Assembly: GCA_000934665.2 (NCBI GenBank)
Contig: JYFJ02000131.1
Span: 1-64,000 of the forward strand
Reading direction: 5' to 3'
From: Catajapyx aquilonaris
Taxonomy: Eukaryota
Length of the DNA: 64,000 nucleotides
In this document: positions 27,182 through 39,803 of the stretch, piece by piece
Layout: each line of letters starts with the position of its first letter
Numbering within the stretch: position 1 is the stretch's first letter
Position numbers and translations under genes: made by a program
Notes under the pieces: model-generated
Database searches by the model: none
What the model saw: the letters and a program-made list of their open reading frames with translations, nothing else
Told to the model about the DNA's origin: nothing

Positions 27182-28177
27182 GAAAGAAAAAAAAAATTGT
27201 AATACACACGGTGGCGCCAGCGTCGTGGGAAAATAAACCCGCCCGGTCAAACAACCAATCCTGCCACGTTACAAATCTATCCCGCGCATTGTTGCAGAGA
27301 CGGATCGACCAACAACGGACACTTTGATACACCCACCTGCAGGCTTCTCAGGCCTACAACTGGCATGGGCCGTCCGTCCCCCCCTTTCCCCTCCCCGCCT
27401 CTCCCCACCAACCATCTTGGGGCTTTTACTCCACCTCTCCCCACCCAGACCCCCCACCAGGTAAAGGCTTGGACGACCGCAAACATAATCATGCTAAAAC
27501 ATACCAAGTTGTTTTTTTTGTTGCGAAATGTCGAATGTAAATTGCACTCTATATGTTAGGATGAGGCTATTGTGGTGCAAATGTCTGCAGGGGGTTTTTT
27601 TTTGGAGGAGAGTTTGTTGATGAGGGTGATATTGAACTTCATTGATTGCTATAGGAGCCTCCAGGGTTATCAGCCGTTTATTAGCTACAGTTTCAAGCCG
27701 TTTTGTAAACATTAGACAAGTTTAGACTCAGAACAAAACTATCAAGAATCTTCATTTTCTTACACAACTATATACACATAGCTTTGTGGAAGATTTAGAG
27801 CCTGGATTTTATACAAATAGGACCTGGAGCAGCTCTTAGTAGTGTTGCAAACAAGACCATCGACACCGCCTATAGCTGTTTTTGTCGTTTGCTAATGAGG
27901 GAAGAGTGTAAGAACCTGAAGAGGACCCCCGTTTAATTTACATGCGTCTCGCACGTCAATCTAACCAGGACCCCTCTGGTTTTCCACTCAGGGACTGCAT
28001 TTAAGAGGGCTCCTATGCACATAGTAAAAGGGGCAATCAGATGTTGTTGTTTTTTTGTACATATCCAAGGGCCATGACCTAGCATATGACCTAAACGGTT
28101 CAAAATTGTATAGGAATTTTGACGAAAATTGTACGAATTGTGAGGCTTGCCTGCGTGTGACCGAAATCCCATCCCCG

Positions 28178-28194
28178 TATATATATATATATAT
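28178..28194. repeat. (TA)n microsatellite
   Basis: About 8 TA units. Confidence 0.8.
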
Positions 28195-28622
28195 CCTGCG
28201 AGACAAAAGGTGTTACGGAAACAATCCCAGCTGGAGTGTCGTCGACGGGATAAACGGATTAATAATTAGTCCAACCGAGAGGAAAGGCTAGATTGTGCCA
28301 GTCCCGCCCGCATGAATAAGCAGCGTCCAAAAGCCTCCTCATTTCACTTTAGATTCAATCCGAACCTAACGTCTCCTCGGCTCGGTTCTACAGCCTATAT
28401 TCCTGCATGCGAGGCATCAGATCGATTCGAAATGTGACAAAGCGCAAGGACGGAACTTTATGAATTAGCCATATAGTTTGGCTGCCCGTTAGTTACAACC
28501 TCCCCACCTCATTGGCCTGATGGTCGGTGATCTTGTTCATATTTTACGTGCATGGAAAACCCCCTTGGTATTACTCAAATTCGCTAATGCTAAATTAGCT
28601 GTCAGGACACACTCGCAAGTTT

Positions 28623-28885
28623 TGCCATCTGCTGGCGTGGATTAAATTGCGTTTCGCTCCTGCTGTCATCTGCTGGTCGGGAAGACACGTTTCCGGAACG
28701 GTGCACCATGATGGTTTATTATATTCGTACAAGAGGCAGAAAAAAAAACTGGGAACAGTCTCTTGACCATTACATAAAAATTGATAAACTAATAAACAAA
28801 TTGCTAATTAAAATCACTGGGGTTTAGTCCCGCCATCTACATTTCTTGATGATATTCATGCGACGTGCGTGCTGCCACCTGCTGG
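28623..28885 (-). promoter_or_regulatory. Cluster of three co-oriented CTCF-like / E-box motifs
   Basis: Minus strand CCAGCAGATGGCA (28623-28635), CCAGCAGATGACAGC (28662-28676) and CCAGCAGGTGGCAGC (28871-28885). Confidence 0.45.
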
Positions 28886-29654
28886 CATGAACTGCTCAAA
28901 TATCTGGCATCATCTCACGCTTCCAAGACTGAAATCTACTACAAAAAAAGGCCGGCCCCACCCCAGGGCATCCGATCAAATTGGAATGACACGACCTTCT
29001 GCCGACGTGTCTCCCAGTCCGGATTAAAATTTTATGACCCTCATCGTCGACGCAACTCTCCATGGGAATTAGTCCGAGGAAAGGGACCTCCAATAGCACG
29101 AGGAACGAAACGACGTTTGTGTGTGTGTGCTCCAAAAGCTATAACATTTACACGATCCCCAAGGTTACAGGCTTATAAATAAAGTTTGGCACCTACACCT
29201 CCTTTAAAAAAAATACAGTGAGGAATACGTGACACACACTGACTTTCAAATAGCCTGTATCTGAACATCATTGTTGTCGGCGAACCTGACTCTGAATAAT
29301 CGGAGAAGATGTCCGTTTTATCAGGAACTCATGGCCATTTGAGAGCAAGTGCCCATGAGCTGGAATAACGCGAGATCCTTAACACCTTAAGTAACTGCCA
29401 GGCATCAACCTGAGGGTTATTATAGTGGATCCAAGGCAAGAGTTAGGAGCCTGTTCTGTTGAATTGTCTGCCCTGAGTCGCTTCCTGCATGGCAATCGCA
29501 CCTGTGCCCACGCAGTAAACACGTATCTGAAGCATGAAACAAGCCCATCTCATAATAATAGTCATCTTTAACCGGACCTAATTTGTGGGACGCGCGTAAA
29601 AAAAAAAATCAATTGCCACAGTCCTGCGAAATAGTACGAACAATAAGACCTCAC

Positions 29655-29750
29655 CTTGAATAAATTAGGCATCAAGACTCGAATGTAAGGAGCTCCAATT
29701 TCCTTCTCGAATGGCTGGGTTGTCAGGCTCCAAATGAGTGCGGGGCACAT
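29655..29750 (-). CDS. Possible first exon (phase 0) that could join the 26709 acceptor in frame
   Basis: aaaATG, MCPALIWSLTTQPFEKEIGAPYIRVLMPNLFK, then a strong donor AAG|gtgagg. Exactly 32 codons; phase 0 matches the open frame of the 26519-26709 exon. Confidence 0.35.
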
Positions 29751-29972
29751 TTTGTTGGGTTCCTTTCAGAGCAACAATGGGAAGGGCTTTTGATCAGACG
29801 CACAATGGTGAGCCGTACAACTGCCGAATCTCTGAACATGTCGCTGATTTCTTTCCTTTTTTTCACTGCCAATAAACCCGAGGCGGGACCCAAAGTAAGG
29901 TGACGTCTACGGAACTTTCCAGCACCTGAAATCTTTTGTTGTTCGCGAAGATAGAGGAGGCTACCATCTTAC

Positions 29973-29998
29973 TTCTTCTCGACAGCAGAAATGCCCAT
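29973..29998 (-). CDS. Possible PDE4 micro first coding exon
   Basis: acaATGg, MGISAVEK, then a phase-2 donor GAA|gtaaga. In-frame stop just upstream. Short enough to be chance. Confidence 0.3.
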
Positions 29999-31797
29999 TG
30001 TTCCCTAATTACTGGGGGCGTGTCTGACACGTGCACTGGTTACGCTTTAGACCGGTTTGCACGGCATAAAATGCGTGAAATAATGTGTCAATGGAGGGAG
30101 GGAAAAAGGGAGACATGAAGCCAAATTCCTAAGCAGAGAATATTGAACTTGTTAGAATTTCTGACTAGTATAATAATTTTTAAAAAATGGCCTCAGATTC
30201 TGAACATATTTCTTAAGCTTATAAATAACAAAATTATATAAAAAGTGACGCATCAGAATAATAAAAAAATTTAGCGGTAATATTTGCAAATCTGCCTGAC
30301 TTTCTCACGGCTTGTTTTGCGCGTCATATACAGTACAAACCCTTTTTGCACATAAACAGTGGGAAAAAGGCAGTTACCTTGGAAACTTAACGTTATAGCT
30401 AATCACAAAAAGGGTTGCAAAAAGTTACCAAACTTGCAACACAAGATGGCCTGGTGTGATCACTAAAATAATGATGCCAATTAGGAAATATTACCAAATG
30501 TGTGGTGTAATGTTTCCTCAATTATGCGATGGATATTTTCCTGAAATGTACTGTACGTTATTGCAGGGTTCGACTATATCATGCGGCACGAAATGTTTTC
30601 TTATTCCTTTGTAAGAACAGAAGCAGCTGCAGGTGCTCATCCTTCTATAGTAACAGGGCTATATGGATTTCCTCAGGAACCTTCGGCTATTGTATACATG
30701 CATGATGGGAAGCATTAATGCCGCGAAAGCGAACGCAGTACGTAAGTCATGTACGGTAATCGTTATGAGAGCAATCAATCATGAATGCGCAGCAGGGCAT
30801 CAGGCAACCATCGATTAGATATTCGTTATACGCCAAACTTTATTTAAAGTTCAGGCTAAGTGCGACCACAATCCAATTACAAGAAGCACTCATAAAAGAC
30901 TCATAACATGTGTTATTATGCAGTCTAGACGAGCATACTCTATTATGCAGCATGTCTGCTTCTTTATACGGAAATGTAGTACACGAAAATAGCCGAGTAC
31001 TTCAGCACTTTTACCTGGGGTAGTCATCATATGTGCAGCCAAGAACCTTTTCGCAGTTTGGAACCAAATGTAAACCAAGGCTTCGTGTTGCTCTCAAAAG
31101 TCGACCTCGCCATTTTTAGACCCCCCAATAGTTTACTCTTACAGTAAGTGCAGCGTAAAACCCAGAAATTGTCAAATAATATTGTTCAACTGACATTTAA
31201 TTGCTTTTCCGTCTATCGTTAAATTTATGCGCACATGTTCGCTCGAGCAATATTCTCAACCTGCAAGTCGTGCAGATAATGCTATACGGGGCAATATCCG
31301 AGAGTGATAATATTTTTTTGCAAAAAAAAAATGCAGGCGTCACCTGAGGAGCGAATGGTTGCCTATTATATGCGATAATTTGAACGTTTTATTACAACAA
31401 ATTTCAGGGGGCAAGCAAGACGGCACAAGAATTTATTACATAATTCGATGCAACCTCAATAATTTTAAAGAGGCGCAATAAAAGCGGTTTACACGCCCTA
31501 TCAGTACCGTTCAATAAATAAAAAAAATCTGCCGCAAAAACCACGTTGGACTCCTTCAAAAATTCATATCTCAAATGATTTAACGGATATTATTACTTGT
31601 TGCCAACACTTAAACCTCGAGCGGTGCATTAACCCTGAGTAGAGATTAAAACAGCCGAAATCTTGCAAGTACCTGTCAGAGACCAATCGCTTTTTTACTG
31701 CTGGAGGCCCCCCCAAAATTCACTCCAGGAATCGCCCCCGGGAGAAAACACGCGGTCACAACTGACATTTGCAAATTGGTTGCTATCAACTGGCAAG

Positions 31798-31805
31798 TGA
31801 CGTCA
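31798..31805. promoter_or_regulatory. Perfect CRE palindrome
   Basis: TGACGTCA, in a CpG-rich patch. Confidence 0.4.
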
Positions 31806-33274
31806 TCCCGGAAAATAATTGGCGAGAGGAAAATATCTCGCGTGCCGCATCAGGACACGCTATACGATCCGCGTCATGACATCACTTCGCAGGTTAAAGC
31901 AAAAGCCCCCAACATTATACAATTTCCCTTTCAAGGCCGCCCACAATAATTCTTTAATGTCCAGATCCAATAGCAAAAAAAGCGTGTTTACAATTAAAAT
32001 GTTGCAATGCCAGTTCATTGACCAATCCGGTCTGTATAGTACGTGATGTCTGCAACATCGATCCGGAAAACGACGCCGCAGAATTTTGCCTTATAATATT
32101 CATTGCGCCATTAAATATTTTTTAAAAAAAATGTATCCGCGTCTGGTTCCATAAATTCGAAGAAAAATATTCAGATATTTCCCGCCCTGTTAGTCGGACA
32201 TCTATGGAGTTGAAAATCAGGCTTTTAGTTAGGCGAAGCAGCCGCATGGTGGCAGCTTCGAGCGTCCCAGTAAGAGCGCTCCTTGTGTTAAAAGAGCGCA
32301 TTATTAGCACGTGTTTTTGGCCAGAAACTCTCTGGATCGTTTGATCTACTTTTTCGCATTACTGAATTCCCCGGGATCTTTTACAGTGTAGCCTATTTGA
32401 AAACCTGCATTGTTCCATACATTACTTTTTTTAAAAATATGGTAAACATTGTGCAGGTGGGACTACTGTGCACCAACCACACTGGGTGTTATAATCTTTC
32501 ACCGTTTGGATATCCGATTAGCTTCATTTGCATTTTTGGTCAGTGCGACGGGCGTTTCGCGATAAATGCGTCGCGCTTTGGTTCCGCAATGTCCGCATCC
32601 TTAATGTGGAAATTATGCCACGTTGTGACGCTATAGTAGGAATTAAAGTTGTTTCAGGTGCTGTTCGTATCAGTATATCTAGTGGGCAGGTCGTATATTT
32701 GTGTTTATAATTAGGTAAAATTTGCGTTACATTATAATCAAGGCGGATTATATGATGCGATAGTCTGTACGCAGTGTTAAACGTGCAAGAATTTGAACAT
32801 TTTATGAGAGCTACAATCGCTTTCATGACACATTTTTCGTTTTTCATTCCAATTAGCAAATTCATATTATTTGTTTTTCTTGTAAGAATGCTTAATTTTG
32901 TGGAATGGCAGGTCGGATTATTGGTAACGTAAGTTACAAATAAGAGAAAATGTAGTAAAAAGACAAATTACGGTGGCGCTCTATGTATCACCAAGTAGGC
33001 CTACTCTTGAAGTCTTTTGATGCAAAAATATCTGGTAACGAAGCAGGCAGCAGTATTCCTTTGAAGCCTGCTTTTGTAAAAAAAAAAATGCAAAATCCTC
33101 AGACATCTTGAAGTACTTTCCTCTTTCAACACTGAAATCTAACAAGCAATTATATTTAGTGAATATTGCTGAGATGGACAATAAAATCCGCACAACGAGG
33201 TCATCAGATATTATACGACTAGATTTATAGAAAAATATCTGCTATTTCAATAAATCATTACTGTAACTGGAAGG

Positions 33275-33282
33275 TGACGTCA
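33275..33282. promoter_or_regulatory. Perfect CRE palindrome
   Basis: TGACGTCA. Confidence 0.3.
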
Positions 33283-36200
33283 GGGATTTACTACGAGCAT
33301 CTGGACTTCATGCATCGAAGAAAAGTTCATTACTGCAACTTGAAGAATTCTCTCCAAAATTGGATTGGACAGAAAGCATATTGGATATCACATTCTTCGG
33401 ACACTTCAAAGCCTGCTGATCATTCCAGCACAATGGCGTACGAAAAAAAAAATCTCATGATTATTTTTTTCCGCCTCAAGAGGACATGACAAAATTGCAC
33501 TTCTTCTCCCGCCTATTTTTCATCAGAAGTTATTATTTTATTCATCGTCCTTACGTCGCTTCAGCAACACTGCATCAAAAAAATGGCTATTCCCTAGCTA
33601 GCTCCATCGTCATCATTCATGCAAGTTTTATTAGCTCCTTCAGATTAAAAATCCCTTCGGCCCGTCTTTTTTTTTTTGCGCATTCCTAAGCCCGCTAGAG
33701 GGAGATTGTAATGCAAAAAATTTCAACCCAGCTCCTCCAACGCACTAATAATTAATGCAAATTAAAACGTGACTCTTCATAATGTGGCGAAAAAATATCA
33801 ATGACCTTGCAATCAATTTGCAAAAAAAAAACTTCGCACCACCGCCTGTTAAAATTCACCTAATGTAAATTCCACCCAACACATTATTGCAAGAGTACCT
33901 AATCAATGAACATGCATTCGTAATTATTATCGCCGAGGTTGCCAGATAAAGTGGGCTGTCAGGTACACGCTTCCGTTATGAGCTGCCCCATACGTATGAA
34001 GTGGTAATCAACATTTTGGGTTGTGTAACAATGTTGATCTATTTTTTTTGTTCTATGCGGTTTCACAATTAATTAGTCTGGGCCAAGTTGTTCTAGCCCC
34101 TGGTTTAATCAAGTTGGTTTATAATGAAACTGCGAAGGTCTGGTTAGGAGATAATGGTAATATTATCTTAATGTTGGTTACGTTACTTGTTGTCAGTAAT
34201 GTACGATTTGACAAAAAACGGGTCGTCGCCATTTCCAGGTGAGATTAAATCCGCTGCGAAAATTTGGCAAAAGCAAATATTTGTTCGCGGTAAACATTGC
34301 ACAGCGCACCTAAATTGTGAAGAGGCGTGGTTTGCGCAAAAAAAAAAAAAGGATTGCAGTAACTGCTCTTGACATCTGCTTTGTAACCCAAGGCAGTAAT
34401 TGCAGCATGCGGATTACGCCTCATAAAAACTCCCAAAATACAGTAGGTGCCAAAAATTACAGGATCGCTTGATGTAAACCCAATTTTGTACCTGCTCCGA
34501 AGCTTTAATTGGTCCAGGAAACGACAAAGTGGCGTTTTGGACGGACTGTAACGAATCAATCGAGCTACTTCCTGGCAATAAGGGCTGGGACTTGCCGAGA
34601 TTCTTTTTTGCAAGGTAATATAATTAATGTCTCTGAGGATGGTGAGGGGGATGCTGCGAGGATTTGGGTTCCCGGGCAATTCAATTACATGGGAGATGAT
34701 TAGGGCGGGGCCTACCCTGGGCCCACAGGAATAAGGGGCCCCCACGGTCACATTTATGCGGCCAAGACCTCAGCACCGTCCATATACACAGCAAAGATAC
34801 ACAATGGCCTATTGTAACCGGATATTGGCGTGTAAGGTGTTAGCTTTAAAATACTGCACTGCGGTGTAGGCCTTTGATGACACATTCCCTTTTTGTGGGG
34901 GGGTTATTAAATTATGGAGCTGGACGGCTGCTAAATTTTAAAATGCGAAATATCAGGCGTCATAGTATATTAGCCGATTGCTGTTATGATATGCTAATAT
35001 TGACGTGATTACACATAAATTAATAAATATTTAATTTTGTGGTGAAATGGAATGTGAGCATTTCAGGCTGCCAGACTCTGTGTTTCAAAAATAAATAGAG
35101 TGCCACCATATCGTGAGTGGTCCTGGCTCTTTTAAAATATTCATGTCATCATCTCACTGCGACATGAATTTTCATTACGAAATGCTTCCAGACAGCCCTC
35201 TTCATCTTCATTTCTCCCTCTACACCAATGATTGTATTTTTTTTTGTTGCAAAATGACTTCTGGTTCTCACTCAGGCGAAATTGTAGACACAGTGCAATA
35301 TGTGCTTTCACTACACTACTGCCTACGCTAGCTGAATGCACAGGACATGACCTGTGCACATATTTCAACTACTTCCTCACTCTTCAGGGGCAAGTGACCT
35401 GTGAGCTTACACCCGATAGATCAATCCCCGCACGTGCAAAACAGTCTCTCAAGTACTGTCAACGCAAATGACCTCGGCCAAGAGAGAAGCAGCAGAGAGA
35501 GAAAAAAACAATGCGACTCCCGGACATATATTGAATGATGCCCATTTCCCTTTCATGCCCACTTGACGCCTACAGAGTGCGCAAACACTAATGGCCAATC
35601 TGGACCCTGACAATAGGCTGCCCATTTTACGACTCTTCCTCTCCAAACAAGCACAGCTATCTTGTTGAGTTACGACTCTTCTCTTTTTCCACTCCGGTTT
35701 CCTCACCCATTACTGCATGACTGTGCAACCAGCCAGTTATTTGCTCAACATGATGTGCATGACACCTTGTAATATACAGGGTGTTTCAGAATCAATCAAA
35801 CATTTAGTTCCTAGTTGGTAACAATCATTATGAAACATCTTGTGTGTTACGGTATATGCATCTGTTGCATGTAGCTTCAAGGCAGATTATATCCAAGTGT
35901 TAATGCAAATATTGGGAAACAATTTCGCTTTGTGCGGTAAGGTTGCTTGGCCGAATTCGCAATTTTAAAGAATGTCCATTTCCCGTCTCTTGCAGACTTT
36001 AGTTTCGCTCAGACGATCCCCACAATTCGTAGGGAAGAGTTCACTGCGTTTAATAAGCTCTAAAAATGCCCTGCTGTCATATGCAAGCACTGCACCAGCT
36101 CTGTGAGTTTCCCATACACCAGCCGACCTTTCCGAAAACCAGGAGGAAACAGGAGGCTCATTAGGTTAAAAAGGAGGGGTTTATTTGAGAAACAGCATAT

Positions 36201-37572
36201 GGCCTGGCGGGATGTCTCTGCTCTAATTTACTGAGACTACGACACCACTAAAATTACTTTGCTGTTGGATGTACTCGGAAGGAATAGCTAAGCTAAGTAC
36301 AGGTTGTAATATTATTGTTTGAGTATCACTATACTGTAGATTCATGGGAGTATACCTCTCAGAGTAATGTACAAAATGAGCTGCAGCTTGTGTTGTGGCA
36401 AGACCAACAATGCAGTACATGTCAAAGTGTCAAATAAGGATGAATTATTTAGTGACACTTTCAACAGGGTTTTATAGGCTCAATATATCAGTCTAGTGCC
36501 GAGACAACAAAAAGCTATAGGTCGACAGTTTTGTTGAAAAATCCGCACTTGGCATAAAACAACGCCTAATGTACAATACACAGCCAAATTAAAACCCTTT
36601 GTTTGTTAAATCTCTCTGCAACTTTGTGCAATTGCACATAACGGTTCTGCCTGCAAGGCATTTTCTCCTTTTTATAGCATTTACCAGACCACAAACAAAA
36701 ACAGCCTGACATTTACTACGCTTAGCTTGGGCAGTGCGACGGTAACTTTAGTATATTTCTTAGGAAGATAAAATCTCTAAATAATATGATTGTACAGGCA
36801 ATACATAATCATCAATTTTCTCTCGAATTTGTAGGCCTATATTCATGCTTAGTTCCAGCAATTATTAGTTAATAGGAGCTATTCTGGCAAACTTGTGGAG
36901 ACGTTACGATTATTTTGGCTGAATAACAGCAAGGATTTAGCATATAAATGAAGGTAGTCTGTGTTTTGGCAACGAGTCATACACTCCAGTTGTTCAAACC
37001 CGCGGTAAACACGCATGTAGACATTACAGTGTTGACAGCCACCTTGTTTTTGTGCACATCTGTTGATTTTCACTTAACATCGCTTCAGATTTTTTTTTGC
37101 TTTTAAAAAAAACAGGCATCAGCACCAGTAATTATAGGAGCCATCAATAAAAGATCCATAATGAAGTGCGGTCAGGTGCAATGGATGGCACACCCCCCCG
37201 GCCGCACATACCGATAAAAATTAGTTAAAGTGGGGATCAAGCACAATGCGAGGATTTGAACAATCCCCCAATAAAAAGGGGATTATTCCTATTTGAATGT
37301 CGAGGGTCACGGAGCAAAAGTACACAATCAAATGGTAGAAAAACATAGCATATAGTTAGCAATGTTGTTTAGTCAACTCTATGTCGTGTTTCTTAGGAAA
37401 AATTATTTATTAACCTAAAATACTAGTTAAAAAAATTATTTCCCAGCACTAGTTTGCGTCATATTCCTCAAATGATACACAAATAATCAACAACCAGCTC
37501 CCTCAACAAATAATGACGCCAGTCCAGAATCACATGTGACATTTGAACTGAAAAAATATTTCACACACTCAC

Positions 37573-37921
37573 TTGAAAAACACGCTGTCGCTGGCCGTTC
37601 TGGAAATGACCAATTTGGGAAAAATAGCTGTCCTTCCCCCTCTAGTCCTCATAGTACATGTGGTCGCAGTCATAGGTCTCTCAGGACTAGGACTCATAGA
37701 CAGGGGACTCACAATGGTCAGACCTCGAGAGTGACCAGGTACTGAGAGGTTCAAGTTCAAAGGTGGCAGAGATGGCGGTCGGCGTCTCCTCGGCAAAGTT
37801 TGGTTGAGGTCAAAGTGTTGCTGCCACATGGTCACAGAAGAGGTCACGACCTCAGCCTCCTCATGTTGTCCCATGTTGTCCTTCACTTCGGACATGGCCG
37901 TGACTTTTGGGTCACTGCCAA
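37573..37921 (-). CDS. PDE4: PDE4 isoform-specific N-terminal exon (candidate; PDE4B1/D7-like)
   Basis: Acceptor tattttcctcag| at 37921, gccATG at 37895, and an open frame MSEVKDNMGQHEE...LPRRRRPPSLPPLNLN...RPMTATT...IFPKLVISRTASDSVFF ending at a phase-2 donor CAA|gtgagt, in frame with the UCR1 exon. Confidence 0.75.
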
Positions 37922-39100
37922 CTGAGGAAAATATATCCGGTCCAATGTATAACCAGAGGTATATTTTTGTTAACACTTTATTCCTGAGGGATTTTTTATG
38001 GAAATATTGGCGGCGGTTGTGGATTATATTCTAACTCTCGAGTTTGGCCTTGCTGCGCGCAAAGTTTACAGCTGCTAATCGATGAAAGTCCGGGAATCAA
38101 TACGTGTACTTTCCGAATTTCATATGCGGCCTACAGTTTCGAAATGAATGTATTGCCAATGTTATGTTAACTCACAGTATCTGCTGACGCAATTTCTGAT
38201 CAACACGTGTGTTCACTAGATAGACCTCATCAAAATTCAATGTTCGTTTAATTTAGTAATTTTATCTACAACGTCTAAAATAACTGTTATACTGTATATG
38301 AAAATAACTACTTAAAAGTCATCTCAATAGTAACATTTCGTGGCCACGAAATTTTTGAAACCAAGTTTGATCTCAATTTTCGGGCCCCCACATTTGATAT
38401 GCAGAACTTGCTAATTACAATCGGCATATTTTTGAAGCCGCAATGCTACTGATGTGTTAAACTCTTTCCGCGAAACAAATTTCTGGCCCACCACGCCGCG
38501 AAACGTAATATCGGGGAGCGGCGTCAAATCTACGCACTATCCAATTACAGGATTAATGAAATGGCAAGGACCAAAATTAGTGGGTTCCAACCTAATTGCT
38601 CCAAGTTAGCCCCAAATGCATCACCCCCCACTTACAGCCCAACACGTAAACAAAACTGACTTTCGTACACCCGCCTCTCGACTACTACTGTAGCCTACTA
38701 TAAACACAACACCTTGCTCAATAGTCTTTATCGCAATCGGGACCTGTAGTATTTCCTCCGCGATAAACAGCCGTAAATATTGCGCAACATATCGTGCTCC
38801 TATACGATTTATTATGATTTTATACAGTCACAATTCGGTGTAATTTTCCTGTTTAACTGACACAACACGGTCAAATTTGTCCGCACTTAGCACTACCTGT
38901 ATATCCGTGTGGCTTATTCCGCGATATTCCTGGAAGTGCGATAGAGGCCACCTGGAGCTATTTTCCCTCCTGCACACACTGGTGGTGAAGATATACATAG
39001 TACAATAATACATGCAGGCTCACATCTGGGGCGGAGTCATGCTATAAAAAAAATTCATCTCGTCCGTTCTGCAAAATTAGGGTGTACATTGTACAACAAC

Positions 39101-39108
39101 TGACGTCA
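39101..39108. promoter_or_regulatory. Perfect CRE palindrome near a GC box
   Basis: TGACGTCA, with GGGGCGGAG about 70 nt away, about 1.2 kb upstream of the 37921 exon. Confidence 0.4.
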
Positions 39109-39756
39109 CCACCTCTGATTATACATTCGACATTTTCGTATGAATAATTTCACGCGATTTGTAAAATTGTGTGAGAACATCGTATAGTGAGAACAGTTTT
39201 TGTGTGCATGTGTGTTGAGAACACTTGTCACACATCACCCACTCACAGACACGCACTTCAGCAATGATCCTTCTCGTTTCCACATCCTCGCTGCAGTGTT
39301 CGGGGGTATAGCATTAGACCAAGCGACGAAGCGGAGAGTATACGTTGCTCTAGCCACCCCCCAACCTTCCCCCACCCAGCATCCCTCCCTCGCCCTCTAT
39401 TCCCTGTACATTTCAACCAACCAACGGTCCTCACTTTCCCATGCTCAAATCTCTCTACGTGAACAAATATTCCAGGGGGTGAAATTGACACTTTCATGCT
39501 CCGATTGTTATGGCGCTTTTCTGCAGATAAGCGGATTCAGGGGTGGGGTTTTTAAAAAGGTCCATTGTTAGTTGAAGTTAATGCTGATAAGTTTAAACAA
39601 TCCCGCACACACATGTAAGCCAGAATGTGGGCATTAAAATGGGCAATAACAAACAGTAGTCGATGCAGGATTTGAAATATGCCTATTTCAAGCGAATTGT
39701 CGCGACATTAAAAATGAAACTATTTTCAACAATGACTCTACCTAAATTTTCTGTAG

Positions 39757-39803
39757 GGCTGTAGAATCATCAGCACTGCAACAGTGCTGATGATTTTACG
39801 GCC
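39757..39803. repeat. Short inverted repeat (hairpin)
   Basis: ggctgtagaatcatcagcactg caa cagtgctgatgattttacggcc, a 22-bp stem if two G:T pairs are allowed. Confidence 0.75.
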
